Below are positions 18,885 through 28,125 of a DNA stretch of 64,000 nucleotides, in pieces (positions within the stretch are counted from its first letter, which is position 1; each line of letters opens with the position of its first letter). The notes under the pieces were generated by a model. That model was not told where the DNA came from. It ran no database searches and saw only the letters and a list, made by a program, of their open reading frames with translations. Source of the stretch: an uncultured Mollicutes bacterium (GTDB taxonomy: Bacteria > Bacillota_I > Bacilli_A > RFN20 > CAG-288); assembly GCA_900539865.1 (NCBI GenBank), contig UQDS01000003.1, positions 90,789 through 154,788 on the forward strand, written 5' to 3'. Made by a program: the position numbers and the translations under genes.

Positions 18885-21794
18885 TTATTTATTGATACCA
18901 ACATAGGTAGGAAGTCTTAAAGTGGAGTTAACAATCTTATCCTGTCCATTGAAATCGACGGAGTAGACGAATGTGAGTGTGGCAATCGGAGTATTCACGA
19001 CATCTGCTTCAGCTTCCACGGTGTTGAACGCCTTGTCTAAGGTGATTTCAACAGTGTAATTGTTGCTAGCAGTTGCGCCGAACTCAGAAAGGTTCCACTT
19101 GCGAGTGATACCACCGTTTGTCGCCTGGATGGAGAAACCTTCTAACTTCGCACCAGCGTTGACTAATTCCTTGAAGGAAAGCTTATAAGTGACAGACTGA
19201 GAAGCTCTATCTGTGGTTTGACCAACCTTAGTAGCATTTGCTAAATCGCCCTTAGAGTTGAGAAGAACAGCAGTGTTAGCTGCATTCCACAAACCATCGA
19301 AAGACCAAGTCTTACCATCATAGACAATCGGATTTTTGGCATCGACCTTATCGGTGTCAGCGCCCCAGTTAAGGGTGAAACCAGAAGAGTTATCACTCTT
19401 TAAAACTTCAACGAAGTTAATCGGGTTAAGCGCGTTGCCAGAAACAGCACCGAAACCTAAGTCGAATTCACCACGTTTCATCTTGTCGTAAACGGCGTTG
19501 TAATCGCTAGAAGGTGTCGGTTCAACAAATCTGAGGATGTAATTTCCATAATATTTCTTGCTGACAAGTTCGTCGAAAGCTTTCTTGATGGAATCAAAGA
19601 CATCGGAATATTCCTTGGTGTCGTTGGGGTTCATCCAGTCAACTCTGACAGAGATGACATATGCGTTACCTTCTTTTTCAAGTTTTCCGGCTTCTGCCAT
19701 CTGTTTGATAGAACCTTCAATCGCTAATTCAAGTTCTTTCTTAGCGGCATCCGGGTTGTATCCATAAGTGTCGTTATAACGGTCAGCAAGGACAGCTTTG
19801 TGAGCGTCGGTGGAGTTATAAGAAACACCGCTTTCCGGATCGATGAGGTAGTTATCAGAGAAGTATTCTTGTGTCGGCTTCATACCACGGGATTCGCAAA
19901 TTGTCTTACGATCCATGGAGAAGGATAAGAAATTAAGGAAGTGAATATCAGACATGTAAGGTCTGTGTTGGAGGTAATCCGCTTTGGTAGTTTCGTTACC
20001 GTTGAAGTCGTGCTGATAAATCGTACCGTTCTTACCGAAACGATTTGTCCACTGTTCTACAGTAGAAGCGTTGACATTGAGTTTGAAGTTAGAATCGCCC
20101 TTGGTCTCATATTTTCTCCACTTGATGCCGTTGGAAGAAACACCGTCATTGGCACTATAAGCACCACCGGTCTTCAAATCTTCTTTGCTCGGAGCATAGG
20201 AGTCGATTTGACCTGCTTCAAAAGCATTCTTAGAAGTGGCCGGATCATCAACCATATGATATTCAAAGCCCTTAAGCTGATAAACATCACGTGTACCGCC
20301 AGAAGCGAAAACGTCTCTGGTGTAGAAATATTTGTCGTTCTTAGCGAAGGTAATATCCTTATCTTCCCAACGGGTGATGTAGTAAGGACCTGTGGAAAGC
20401 ATGGTGTCTAACGGTTTGTATCCGTCAGGAGACTTACCTAAATCCTTCGGATTCCAAAGGTTGAGGAAGTCGCCAGGAAGCGGAGAGTAGAGAGAAGAGG
20501 AGAGATAATACATGGCGTAGAACTGTGTGCAAGGCTGCTGGAGTGTGAATTCAATGTAATCACCGGATTCATCATGACCAGTCTTGACAACATTGTCCAT
20601 GTTGCATTCTTTCCACAACTTTTCGTTGTAGTAATTATAATCGCCAGTGAGATTGGAAGTCTTAGCTAAGTAATCGGCAGCCTCTAATCCTAAACCGGAA
20701 ATACCTTTGGTTTGTTCCGGACCTCTATACTGACCATTGTAACCAGTGAGCATGTACTTGATCGGAGCGATGTAGTCGTCCAAAGCGACCTTTCTACCAT
20801 CAAAGCTCTTGAGCTGAACTCCGTTCTTTGACTTGGTAGAAGCAGTACGATAGACAAAGTCTTCGCCGGTCTTGACGTGGATTCTCCACTTGTTGCTCAA
20901 GACAGAGTCCTGATTTTCAGTGATGACAGAGCCAGAATCCGATAACGGAAGCGGACGATCATCTGTAGAAAGAAGCGGATACCACTCATAACCGTCGTTG
21001 GTTTCGTTCATACGAGTAGAGAAGTAAGAGGTGGTGATGTGCTGAGCAGCATCGGAAACGTCAGAACCAGATGCGTTCATGGCATTGAGGTGAGCAGGAA
21101 GCGCAGTGGTACCGACCTGATACATTTCCGCATCGTGACCAATGAACGGATTCGGAAGCTTACCAGTGAGCTTACCTTCTCTCATTGTTCCCCAACCATA
21201 ACCGTTGATGTAAGACGGAGCGGTAGGAACATAACGGTTGTTATAAACAATGTTAGAACCGTTAGAGAACATGGTGATACCAGTGAGATAGTTATCGACA
21301 GCATATTTTTCTAATGCGCCGAGAATATTGGCTTTTTCTTCATAGCTTGCAGTTGCGTAAGAGAAAGCGCCTTCTGCTTGCTGTGTCGCTTTGACAGTGA
21401 CAGTGAAAACCATGTTCTGAGTATCATCGCCAGTCGGATGGACTGTGATGTCTGCAGAACCAGCTTTTACCGGCTTGAGTAAACCGTTGTTTTCATCGAC
21501 ACCAAGAACACTCGGATCACTCGATGTATAAGTGAATTCAGGAACATTGCCAGTGAGATCAGTAGCGACAAGGATTGCAGTCTTGTCACCAAGATAGACT
21601 TCAATTCCTGCACCCTGTTCATATTGTTGACCTTTATAGGTGACATAGAAAGCAACATCAGTGATGTCAGAAGTGTGACCGGAGTTACCAGTGTCTGTGC
21701 TAGGACCGACACTCGGCTGGTTACCGCCGCAAGATCCAAGAAGAGCAACAGATACGAGCGCTAACAACGTAAGACCTTTTTTCATGTTTTTCAT
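18885..21794 (-). CDS. oppA: oligopeptide-binding lipoprotein OppA (enlarged, 969 aa)
   Basis: It has a signal peptide with the lipobox LLGSC-GG and substrate-binding-protein family-5-like regions. It is the first gene of the operon. Confidence 0.75.
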   Translation of the reverse strand: MKNMKKGLTLLALVSVALLGSCGGNQPSVGPSTDTGNSGHTSDITDVAFYVTYKGQQYEQGAGIEVYLGDKTAILVATDLTGNVPEFTYTSSDPSVLGVDENNGLLKPVKAGSADITVHPTGDDTQNMVFTVTVKATQQAEGAFSYATASYEEKANILGALEKYAVDNYLTGITMFSNGSNIVYNNRYVPTAPSYINGYGWGTMREGKLTGKLPNPFIGHDAEMYQVGTTALPAHLNAMNASGSDVSDAAQHITTSYFSTRMNETNDGYEWYPLLSTDDRPLPLSDSGSVITENQDSVLSNKWRIHVKTGEDFVYRTASTKSKNGVQLKSFDGRKVALDDYIAPIKYMLTGYNGQYRGPEQTKGISGLGLEAADYLAKTSNLTGDYNYYNEKLWKECNMDNVVKTGHDESGDYIEFTLQQPCTQFYAMYYLSSSLYSPLPGDFLNLWNPKDLGKSPDGYKPLDTMLSTGPYYITRWEDKDITFAKNDKYFYTRDVFASGGTRDVYQLKGFEYHMVDDPATSKNAFEAGQIDSYAPSKEDLKTGGAYSANDGVSSNGIKWRKYETKGDSNFKLNVNASTVEQWTNRFGKNGTIYQHDFNGNETTKADYLQHRPYMSDIHFLNFLSFSMDRKTICESRGMKPTQEYFSDNYLIDPESGVSYNSTDAHKAVLADRYNDTYGYNPDAAKKELELAIEGSIKQMAEAGKLEKEGNAYVISVRVDWMNPNDTKEYSDVFDSIKKAFDELVSKKYYGNYILRFVEPTPSSDYNAVYDKMKRGEFDLGFGAVSGNALNPINFVEVLKSDNSSGFTLNWGADTDKVDAKNPIVYDGKTWSFDGLWNAANTAVLLNSKGDLANATKVGQTTDRASQSVTYKLSFKELVNAGAKLEGFSIQATNGGITRKWNLSEFGATASNNYTVEITLDKAFNTVEAEADVVNTPIATLTFVYSVDFNGQDKIVNSTLRLPTYVGINK

Positions 21795-21996
21795 ATTTTT
21801 ACCTCCTTTGGGTTTTAAATCGACAAATAAAAAACTTTTCCTTGTGTAAAAACAAGTATTTATATTTTATTTAATATACTTATATTTGCAATGTATAATT
21901 TTATAAAAATCAATATATAGACAATCTTAAGATTGATAGCGGTTACATATTTTCTTGGTTGTCAAGAAAAAACACACCCGCTTTTCATGCTTTTCG

Positions 21997-22377
21997 TCAA
22001 TGAATAAAGGCGAAAATAATGCTGAGAATAGCAAAGATTGTACCGATGATAACAAAAGGAAGCCAAAAATTCTTTCGGCCCTCTCTCACTTCATTCAACT
22101 TTTCCTGATAGGAATAAGCGTCTTTATAAGGACGAGGACTATTTTTCTTAAACGACGACATCCAGTTGATAAATTGATATCGAAAGACATCAAAAGTACC
22201 TCCCCTAGTTATCGCATAAAGACCACTGCCACCAAGATATAATGTGGCAATCAAAGCAAAAATATTGCTCAAAACCCAGTCCGTCAAAAAATACATCGGG
22301 AGAAAAATAATCAGTGGAACGATGATTGCTACGCCTGTAATAATACAAAGCTTTTTTAAATAATCTGTGAACAACAT
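21997..22377 (-). CDS. small membrane protein (DUF3899-like)
   Basis: It is 126 aa with TM segments at both ends. It lies downstream of the subtilase terminator. Confidence 0.45.
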   Translation of the reverse strand: MLFTDYLKKLCIITGVAIIVPLIIFLPMYFLTDWVLSNIFALIATLYLGGSGLYAITRGGTFDVFRYQFINWMSSFKKNSPRPYKDAYSYQEKLNEVREGRKNFWLPFVIIGTIFAILSIIFAFIH

Positions 22378-22382
22378 AAGTT

Positions 22383-22422
22383 AAAAAATAGACAAAGGCC
22401 TCGGAAAAACCGGGGCCTTTGT
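22383..22422 (-). terminator. rho-independent terminator of the subtilase gene
   Basis: The hairpin caaaggcc...ggcctttg has a plus-strand A6 run, which is the T-run on the minus strand. Confidence 0.6.
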
Positions 22423-22435
22423 AATAGAAGACAAA

Positions 22436-25400
22436 TTACTTGTCGGCCTTCTTCTTGAAGATGGCAACAGCAGCTCCTAAGAGAGCAAGTGCGCCAACAG
22501 TGGAAGAAGCGATGACGACAGAACCGCCACAGCCGCCCTTTTCAGGTTCCGAAGTGGAAGTGCCGCCTTCGGTTGTGCCGCCGCTAGAGGAGTCACCACC
22601 AGAAGATTCACCGCCAGTAGAGCCGCCACCAGTTCCTTCAGATGCAGGAGCGTGGTTGATTGTAAAGGAAGCAGCATCTTTACTAAACGTGAAGCTGATT
22701 AAACCAGTTTCGGCGTTGTAGTTGACCTGGACAGATTCGCCATCGACAAAGACCTTAATGTCATCGACATTCAAATTCTTTGCGATGTTCATGTTGATCG
22801 TCATATCCTGCTTTCTGATGACAGAGTCACCGGTAGCAGCGTTAAGAATATCAACAGCGTAGGTGTAATTTCCGTTAGAAGCATTGATTAAAGTGATGTC
22901 ATAATCTTGCTTCGAAGTGAAGAAAGTAGAAGAGACAGAGAAGTCAATCTGAGAAGGCTTGACTAAGATCTTCTGAGTGTTGTGAGCGTGGTCGGTGAGT
23001 TCAACAAACATCTTATCCTCTTCCTTCCAGCTATCGTTGATCCAGAAGTAAGTAGAGGTGAGATCTGTGCCAGCAATCTCTTCCATCTCACGACCAACTG
23101 TGACGTTGACGGAAGCGAAGGAAGCACCATGGGTGACAATATTGAGACGGTCATCTCCATCTTCCTGAGTGATGGAAAGACCAGCTAAAGTCGGAGCAGT
23201 CTTATCGACAACAAGAGTGTACTGTTTGACTTGCATTGTTCCAGTACCGATCTTCTTGAAGTTGAACTTCAATGTGTATTCGCCTTCCGGAACAGTGGAA
23301 AGGTCGATATCGACATAGCCGCGATGGATCATGAATCCAGTGCCATTTGCAACTAAGAAGGACTTCATCAATTCTCCCATATCCTGAGCAACTGCCGCAG
23401 TACCATAGGTGTATAAATCGCGGATATTCTCGCCTTTAATCTTCTTACCATCTTTATTGATGATTTCATAGTTTGCATCAGAAACTGCACGGTTGACGAA
23501 GAAGGTACCAATCAAATGTTCAGAGACACCAGGAGCACCAGCATAGATGCGATCCTTGTTCTTTCCATCGGTAACTGTCAAGTAAGTTGTACCGTTTGGT
23601 TTTGTGCTTTCATCGAAGGTGTTGATACGAGCGAAGTTTTCACTGGTCAAACCAGAAGCGCTTGCAGCGAGAGTGGAGCCGGCATAAGCATAAGGTTTCT
23701 TATAGGCATCGGCTAAGTTCTGCACGTAGTTGCTGACAAGATCAGAACCATAGAGCTTGCCTTCTTCTCTTTCGAAATCAAATGCTTCTACAGCATCGGC
23801 CTTAGTGTAATCACCATAGAATCCCATGAACGGAACAGAGAGTTCGCTCTTTACATCTTTCTTGGTGCTGACATCTTCGAAATCGAGATAGCCTTCGATA
23901 TAGTTACCGCCTGCTTCTTCGAAATACTTCTGGTAATATTCTTTCAAGGTACCCTTGAAGTTTTCAACCTGAGAGTCGTTGAATTCTTTTTCAAACGGAA
24001 GGTTGTCAATTCTGACTTTGCACTTGCCGCTGATTTCGCCATTTGCAGGAACGACAACATTGTCTAATTCAACTTTCTTGACCAAATCATCAAGAACTGT
24101 TGTGGTGATTTGACCAACACCATAAGGATAATCAGAAGAGTTCTTATTATAACCGATAACTTCGGATTTGGAAGATTCTTCCATATTGTCATATTCATCG
24201 TGAGAAACCGCAACTCTCAAGCTAGGAACCATGACAGAGAGCGCCGGCTTGTAAGTTCTTTCGACTGCGGAATCATTGTGGATTGTGTAATCGAATTCAA
24301 TATAGCTTTCAGTAGTATCGCTTGTATTAGAGAAATCAACCTTGAGAGACTTAGAATTCTTTAATTCCACTTTGGATTGAACCGTATTTTCAAATCCTTG
24401 AGTGTCTTCGTTAGGAACAGTGATGTAAGAGTCAGAGGTGAGCATCTTTTCGACATCGATACGACCAGCACCCTGAACTCTCGGAGAAGCGTAGTTTCCG
24501 TCGCCGGAAGTGCTAAGGAGCTTCTCAGTAGAAGACATTGCCTTCATAGAAGCGACTTTCTTTTCGTTTTCGAAAGCCTGTGCATCTTGAAGCGCAAGTG
24601 TTCCCTTATTATCCGGTTTTCTTTCAGAGAGATATAAAGCTAATGCACCGGTGAAGTTAGGAGCTGCCATAGAAGTACCGGACATATTTTCATAACCAGT
24701 TAAGAAGGAATAACCAGGATTCATCGGGTTGGAACCATCGTTGTAATATTCAGCGCTGACAGCACCCATGATTTCTTTACCAGGAGCTGCAACAGTGACA
24801 CCCATATCGAGGTTTGCTTCGCCGCCGTCACTAGAGAAAGAAGCTAACATGTTGCCATCGCTAGCAGTCTGGGTAGTGTTAGTAGCGATAGTAAGCTTAC
24901 CTTCGTTACCGCTATTTTCATCCGGTAAACCGAAGATTCCTTTGGAGTTTTGGAAAACAAAGACAATCGGAATAGAAGGATCATTATCCGCAAAGTCCAT
25001 AGAGAAGTTGAAGGTGACAGAAGGATCGTTGTTGATGACGATCAATGCTTTTGCACCGTGAGATGCAGCAGAGAGATATTTGTTGACGAAGGAAGTAGTA
25101 CCACGGGAGACAACCGCAATCTTACCAGAGACATAGGAATCTGTCTTCGGGTTGTAAGAGCTAGTGTCGATACCATGAGCTCTATCGACCTTTTCATAGT
25201 CGGAATCTTTACCCCAGCCAGGAATGACAACATATTCGAAATCGGCAGAAGACTGACCTTGCGGCAATAAAGAAGCCAAAGGACGATCGGTGACGTTCGG
25301 TTGTGTGGCAGAGGATTTAGCCTGGTCGTTATAAGCGACAGCGCTCGGAGCAGAAGCATCCTTGTTTTGGACAGTAAGAATCGAAGAGAAGAAAGCTTTT

Positions 25401-26623
25401 TCCGGATTAGAAGCCGCAACGATATTGGCAGATTCATCAAAGTGAGATTCACCACCTAAGATACTGGTTTCCACCATGTCACGAGTCCAGTCGCCATAAG
25501 AAGCAGAGCTGGAGAAACTAGACTTACCAGAGTTACCGGCAGCATAGTTGACAATGACACCGGCTTTGGAAGCAGCGTTGATTGCTCTGTAACCGGCAGA
25601 TTCTGTATTGTCACCGCTGGTGTTAAGGTCCGTACCTAAAGAGAGGTTGACAACATCGAGTTTAAGTTTTGCAGCATCTTCCAACGCTTTGATAACCGCG
25701 CCTTCAGAAGCGCCGCCATCATAGTCCGGGAAGACCTTCATAACAGCGATTTGAGCTTTCGGGGCAATACCCTGGAAAACATCGCCGTTAGCACCTGCTA
25801 AAGAAGCGACGTGTGTACCATGTTCACTTCCGTTGCTTGTCGGATCGACATTGTTGTCGCCGCCGTCATAGTCGCGAGCGAAGAAGACTTTGTTGTTGAC
25901 GTGAGTGAAATAATTTTCCTTAAAGCCTTTGCTGATGACATCATCCTTGGTGACAGAATAATCACCGGCAGAAAGATCTTTAAAAGCGGCGGGGTTGAGT
26001 TTCTTTCCCTGACTGAGAAGTTTTTCTCTGGTTTCAGAACCTTCAACCTGGTTGAGATAAAGACCGGTATCGATGATACCTACTGTGATGTTTTTACCTT
26101 GCTGAGAAGAAACGCCTTCGCTGGCGCCTCTCTTCTTCAAAGCATCGGCAACCGCTTTGTTCGTGGCATCCATGGTTTCAGCAGAATAGTTTGCTAATCT
26201 GAGTTCACGGGTTTCATAACCAGCGTCTGTAGGAAGCATAGAGTCTAAACCAGTGCTGACAGCCTCCGGTCTAGCGTAGGTGTGAGAAGCCAAAACTTCG
26301 CTGACACCATTGACAGATTTGAGATAATCTTCATAACGGGCGTTGACTTTGATTTCAAAGCCGTTGAGAAGAGTGTCATAGGTATTAACCACTTCAAAAG
26401 AACCTTGTGGAAGGTTGTAAGTAATTTGGTTAAGAACTTTGTTACGGTTATACTTCAAGGAAGCAGCATCGTCTTTGAATACATCGCCATCACAAAGGAC
26501 AATGTATGACTTGTCTTCATCATTCTTAGCAAGTTTATCACTGATTTTTGTGTGACTTGCAGAATAGAAACTAAGTCCGAGGATGGTTGCTAAAGAAGCC
26601 ATAACGATAAATTGTTTTTTCAT
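22436..26623 (-). CDS. cell-envelope subtilisin-like serine protease (peptidase S8, lactocepin/C5a-peptidase-like) with PA-domain insert, G/S-rich stalk and C-terminal TM anchor
   Basis: It has a signal peptide and the catalytic motifs VGIIDTGL (Asp), HGTHVAS (His) and GTSMAAP (Ser). The C-terminus ...GGCGGSVVIASSTVGALALLGAAVAIFKKKADK has no LPXTG. Confidence 0.85.
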   Translation of the reverse strand: MKKQFIVMASLATILGLSFYSASHTKISDKLAKNDEDKSYIVLCDGDVFKDDAASLKYNRNKVLNQITYNLPQGSFEVVNTYDTLLNGFEIKVNARYEDYLKSVNGVSEVLASHTYARPEAVSTGLDSMLPTDAGYETRELRLANYSAETMDATNKAVADALKKRGASEGVSSQQGKNITVGIIDTGLYLNQVEGSETREKLLSQGKKLNPAAFKDLSAGDYSVTKDDVISKGFKENYFTHVNNKVFFARDYDGGDNNVDPTSNGSEHGTHVASLAGANGDVFQGIAPKAQIAVMKVFPDYDGGASEGAVIKALEDAAKLKLDVVNLSLGTDLNTSGDNTESAGYRAINAASKAGVIVNYAAGNSGKSSFSSSASYGDWTRDMVETSILGGESHFDESANIVAASNPEKAFFSSILTVQNKDASAPSAVAYNDQAKSSATQPNVTDRPLASLLPQGQSSADFEYVVIPGWGKDSDYEKVDRAHGIDTSSYNPKTDSYVSGKIAVVSRGTTSFVNKYLSAASHGAKALIVINNDPSVTFNFSMDFADNDPSIPIVFVFQNSKGIFGLPDENSGNEGKLTIATNTTQTASDGNMLASFSSDGGEANLDMGVTVAAPGKEIMGAVSAEYYNDGSNPMNPGYSFLTGYENMSGTSMAAPNFTGALALYLSERKPDNKGTLALQDAQAFENEKKVASMKAMSSTEKLLSTSGDGNYASPRVQGAGRIDVEKMLTSDSYITVPNEDTQGFENTVQSKVELKNSKSLKVDFSNTSDTTESYIEFDYTIHNDSAVERTYKPALSVMVPSLRVAVSHDEYDNMEESSKSEVIGYNKNSSDYPYGVGQITTTVLDDLVKKVELDNVVVPANGEISGKCKVRIDNLPFEKEFNDSQVENFKGTLKEYYQKYFEEAGGNYIEGYLDFEDVSTKKDVKSELSVPFMGFYGDYTKADAVEAFDFEREEGKLYGSDLVSNYVQNLADAYKKPYAYAGSTLAASASGLTSENFARINTFDESTKPNGTTYLTVTDGKNKDRIYAGAPGVSEHLIGTFFVNRAVSDANYEIINKDGKKIKGENIRDLYTYGTAAVAQDMGELMKSFLVANGTGFMIHRGYVDIDLSTVPEGEYTLKFNFKKIGTGTMQVKQYTLVVDKTAPTLAGLSITQEDGDDRLNIVTHGASFASVNVTVGREMEEIAGTDLTSTYFWINDSWKEEDKMFVELTDHAHNTQKILVKPSQIDFSVSSTFFTSKQDYDITLINASNGNYTYAVDILNAATGDSVIRKQDMTINMNIAKNLNVDDIKVFVDGESVQVNYNAETGLISFTFSKDAASFTINHAPASEGTGGGSTGGESSGGDSSSGGTTEGGTSTSEPEKGGCGGSVVIASSTVGALALLGAAVAIFKKKADK

Positions 26624-26880
26624 AAATCGTATCCTCCAATAAGCGCTTAAAATAAAGCGGAATATATTTTATTAAATGAAATAATCGACTTTCAAATTTT
26701 ATATATACATATATATAAATGCATTTTTTGCAAACTTGAAAAAAATTACATATTTTGCAATAAAAATTTAAAAATTAAAGCGTTTTTTTATAAAATCAAA
26801 CGTTAAACAACAAAATCAATTTATTTGAAAACGCTTACAATGTTATTTTTTTATAGAGATTGCCTTTATTGATATCTCTT

Positions 26881-28074
26881 TTAGGCTTTCATCAATTGAT
26901 AAACGACACCGACAAGAGCTTCCATCTGATAAAGATCGACATATTCATAACGACCATGCATGTTGTAATCGCCTGTACCAAGATTCGGAGTAGGTAACCC
27001 CATGAAAGAAAGTTGACTTCCTGTCGTGCCACCGCGAATAGGTAAATAAATCACCGGAATATCACAGCTCTTCATCGCTTCTTCCATCTCTTTTTGAATT
27101 TCTGGATGCTGATCCATGATGACTTTCATATTGTGATACTGCTCTTGGAAAGAAAGTGAGATCGCTTCATATCCGATGCGCTGATTGATGCGTCTTGCAG
27201 TAAGCTTAGCAAGAGAGATCATCTCTTGTACCTGATGGTCATCAAAGGAACGGATGATATATTCTCCCTTTGCCTCTTCTTCACAACCTGAAATATCCAA
27301 GATGTGATAGAAAGGTTCTTTCTCATCCGTGTGTTCCGGACGCAAGAATTCCGGAAGAGCAGAATGGAAGTTCATCAAGACATTGATTGCGTTGACCATC
27401 TGATCTTTTGCACTTCCCGGATGAATCGACTTTCCTTTCACTTTGACTGTCATTGCATATGCGCTAAATGTTTCAATCGATGGTGCACGATAATCGCCTC
27501 CATCTACGGTATAACCATATTTTGCTTTCACAGTTTCTAAAGAGACATGTTTTGCATCTGCGCCGATTTCCTCATCCGTAGTGAAAATAATTTCTAAGGA
27601 ACGATGATTTTCATCACCTTTTAAGATCTTTTCTAAGGCTTCCATGATAATAGCCATACCGGCTTTATCATCACCGCCTAAGAGCGTATTGCCATCCGTG
27701 ACGATAATTTTATGTCCTCTTGACCAGGCTAACATCGGGAATTCTTTTTCAGAAAGATACATGCCCTCTTGCAACTCTACATCCTTACCATCGTAATCTA
27801 CTACCCTAGGCTTTACATCCTTGCCAGAACAAGCGGGCGCTGTGTCCATATGTGCGATAAAAGCAACCATATCTTTGTCGCTTTTTCCATAGAATTTGGC
27901 ATCGACAATACCAAATTGGTTAATGCTAATTTCATCGGGATGAAGCTGTTGTAATTCTAAAAGAACATGCTGAGCAAGATGAAACATCAAATCATTAGAG
28001 GGACCATCATCCCTTTCTTCTTTTGCGGTCGTTTCATAGGAAACATAGGTTAGAAATTTGTCTAAAACACTCAT
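26881..28074 (-). CDS. pepT: peptidase T (tripeptide aminopeptidase, M20B)
   Basis: It has the M20 metal-binding architecture with His/Asp/Glu ligand motifs (HMDTA, GGDDKAG, TTDEEIG) and is 397 aa long. Confidence 0.8.
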   Translation of the reverse strand: MSVLDKFLTYVSYETTAKEERDDGPSNDLMFHLAQHVLLELQQLHPDEISINQFGIVDAKFYGKSDKDMVAFIAHMDTAPACSGKDVKPRVVDYDGKDVELQEGMYLSEKEFPMLAWSRGHKIIVTDGNTLLGGDDKAGMAIIMEALEKILKGDENHRSLEIIFTTDEEIGADAKHVSLETVKAKYGYTVDGGDYRAPSIETFSAYAMTVKVKGKSIHPGSAKDQMVNAINVLMNFHSALPEFLRPEHTDEKEPFYHILDISGCEEEAKGEYIIRSFDDHQVQEMISLAKLTARRINQRIGYEAISLSFQEQYHNMKVIMDQHPEIQKEMEEAMKSCDIPVIYLPIRGGTTGSQLSFMGLPTPNLGTGDYNMHGRYEYVDLYQMEALVGVVYQLMKA

Positions 28075-28125
28075 ATTTATTGCCTTTCTTTATATTATTT
28101 CACGTGAAATTTCACGCTTATTCTT

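Noticed and set aside
22440-22721. Pro/Ser-rich 93-aa ORF on the plus strand
   Set aside because: It is the antisense of the G/S/T-rich stalk of the subtilase, and low-complexity DNA gives open frames on both strands. The same applies to other embedded ORFs such as 744..1034, 9858..10217, 19941..20411, 25042..25455, 29375..30140 and 57901..58296.
26690-26720. atatatacatatatata simple repeat
   Set aside because: It is a short AT dinucleotide-like tract in an AT-rich promoter region and is not a structured repeat element.
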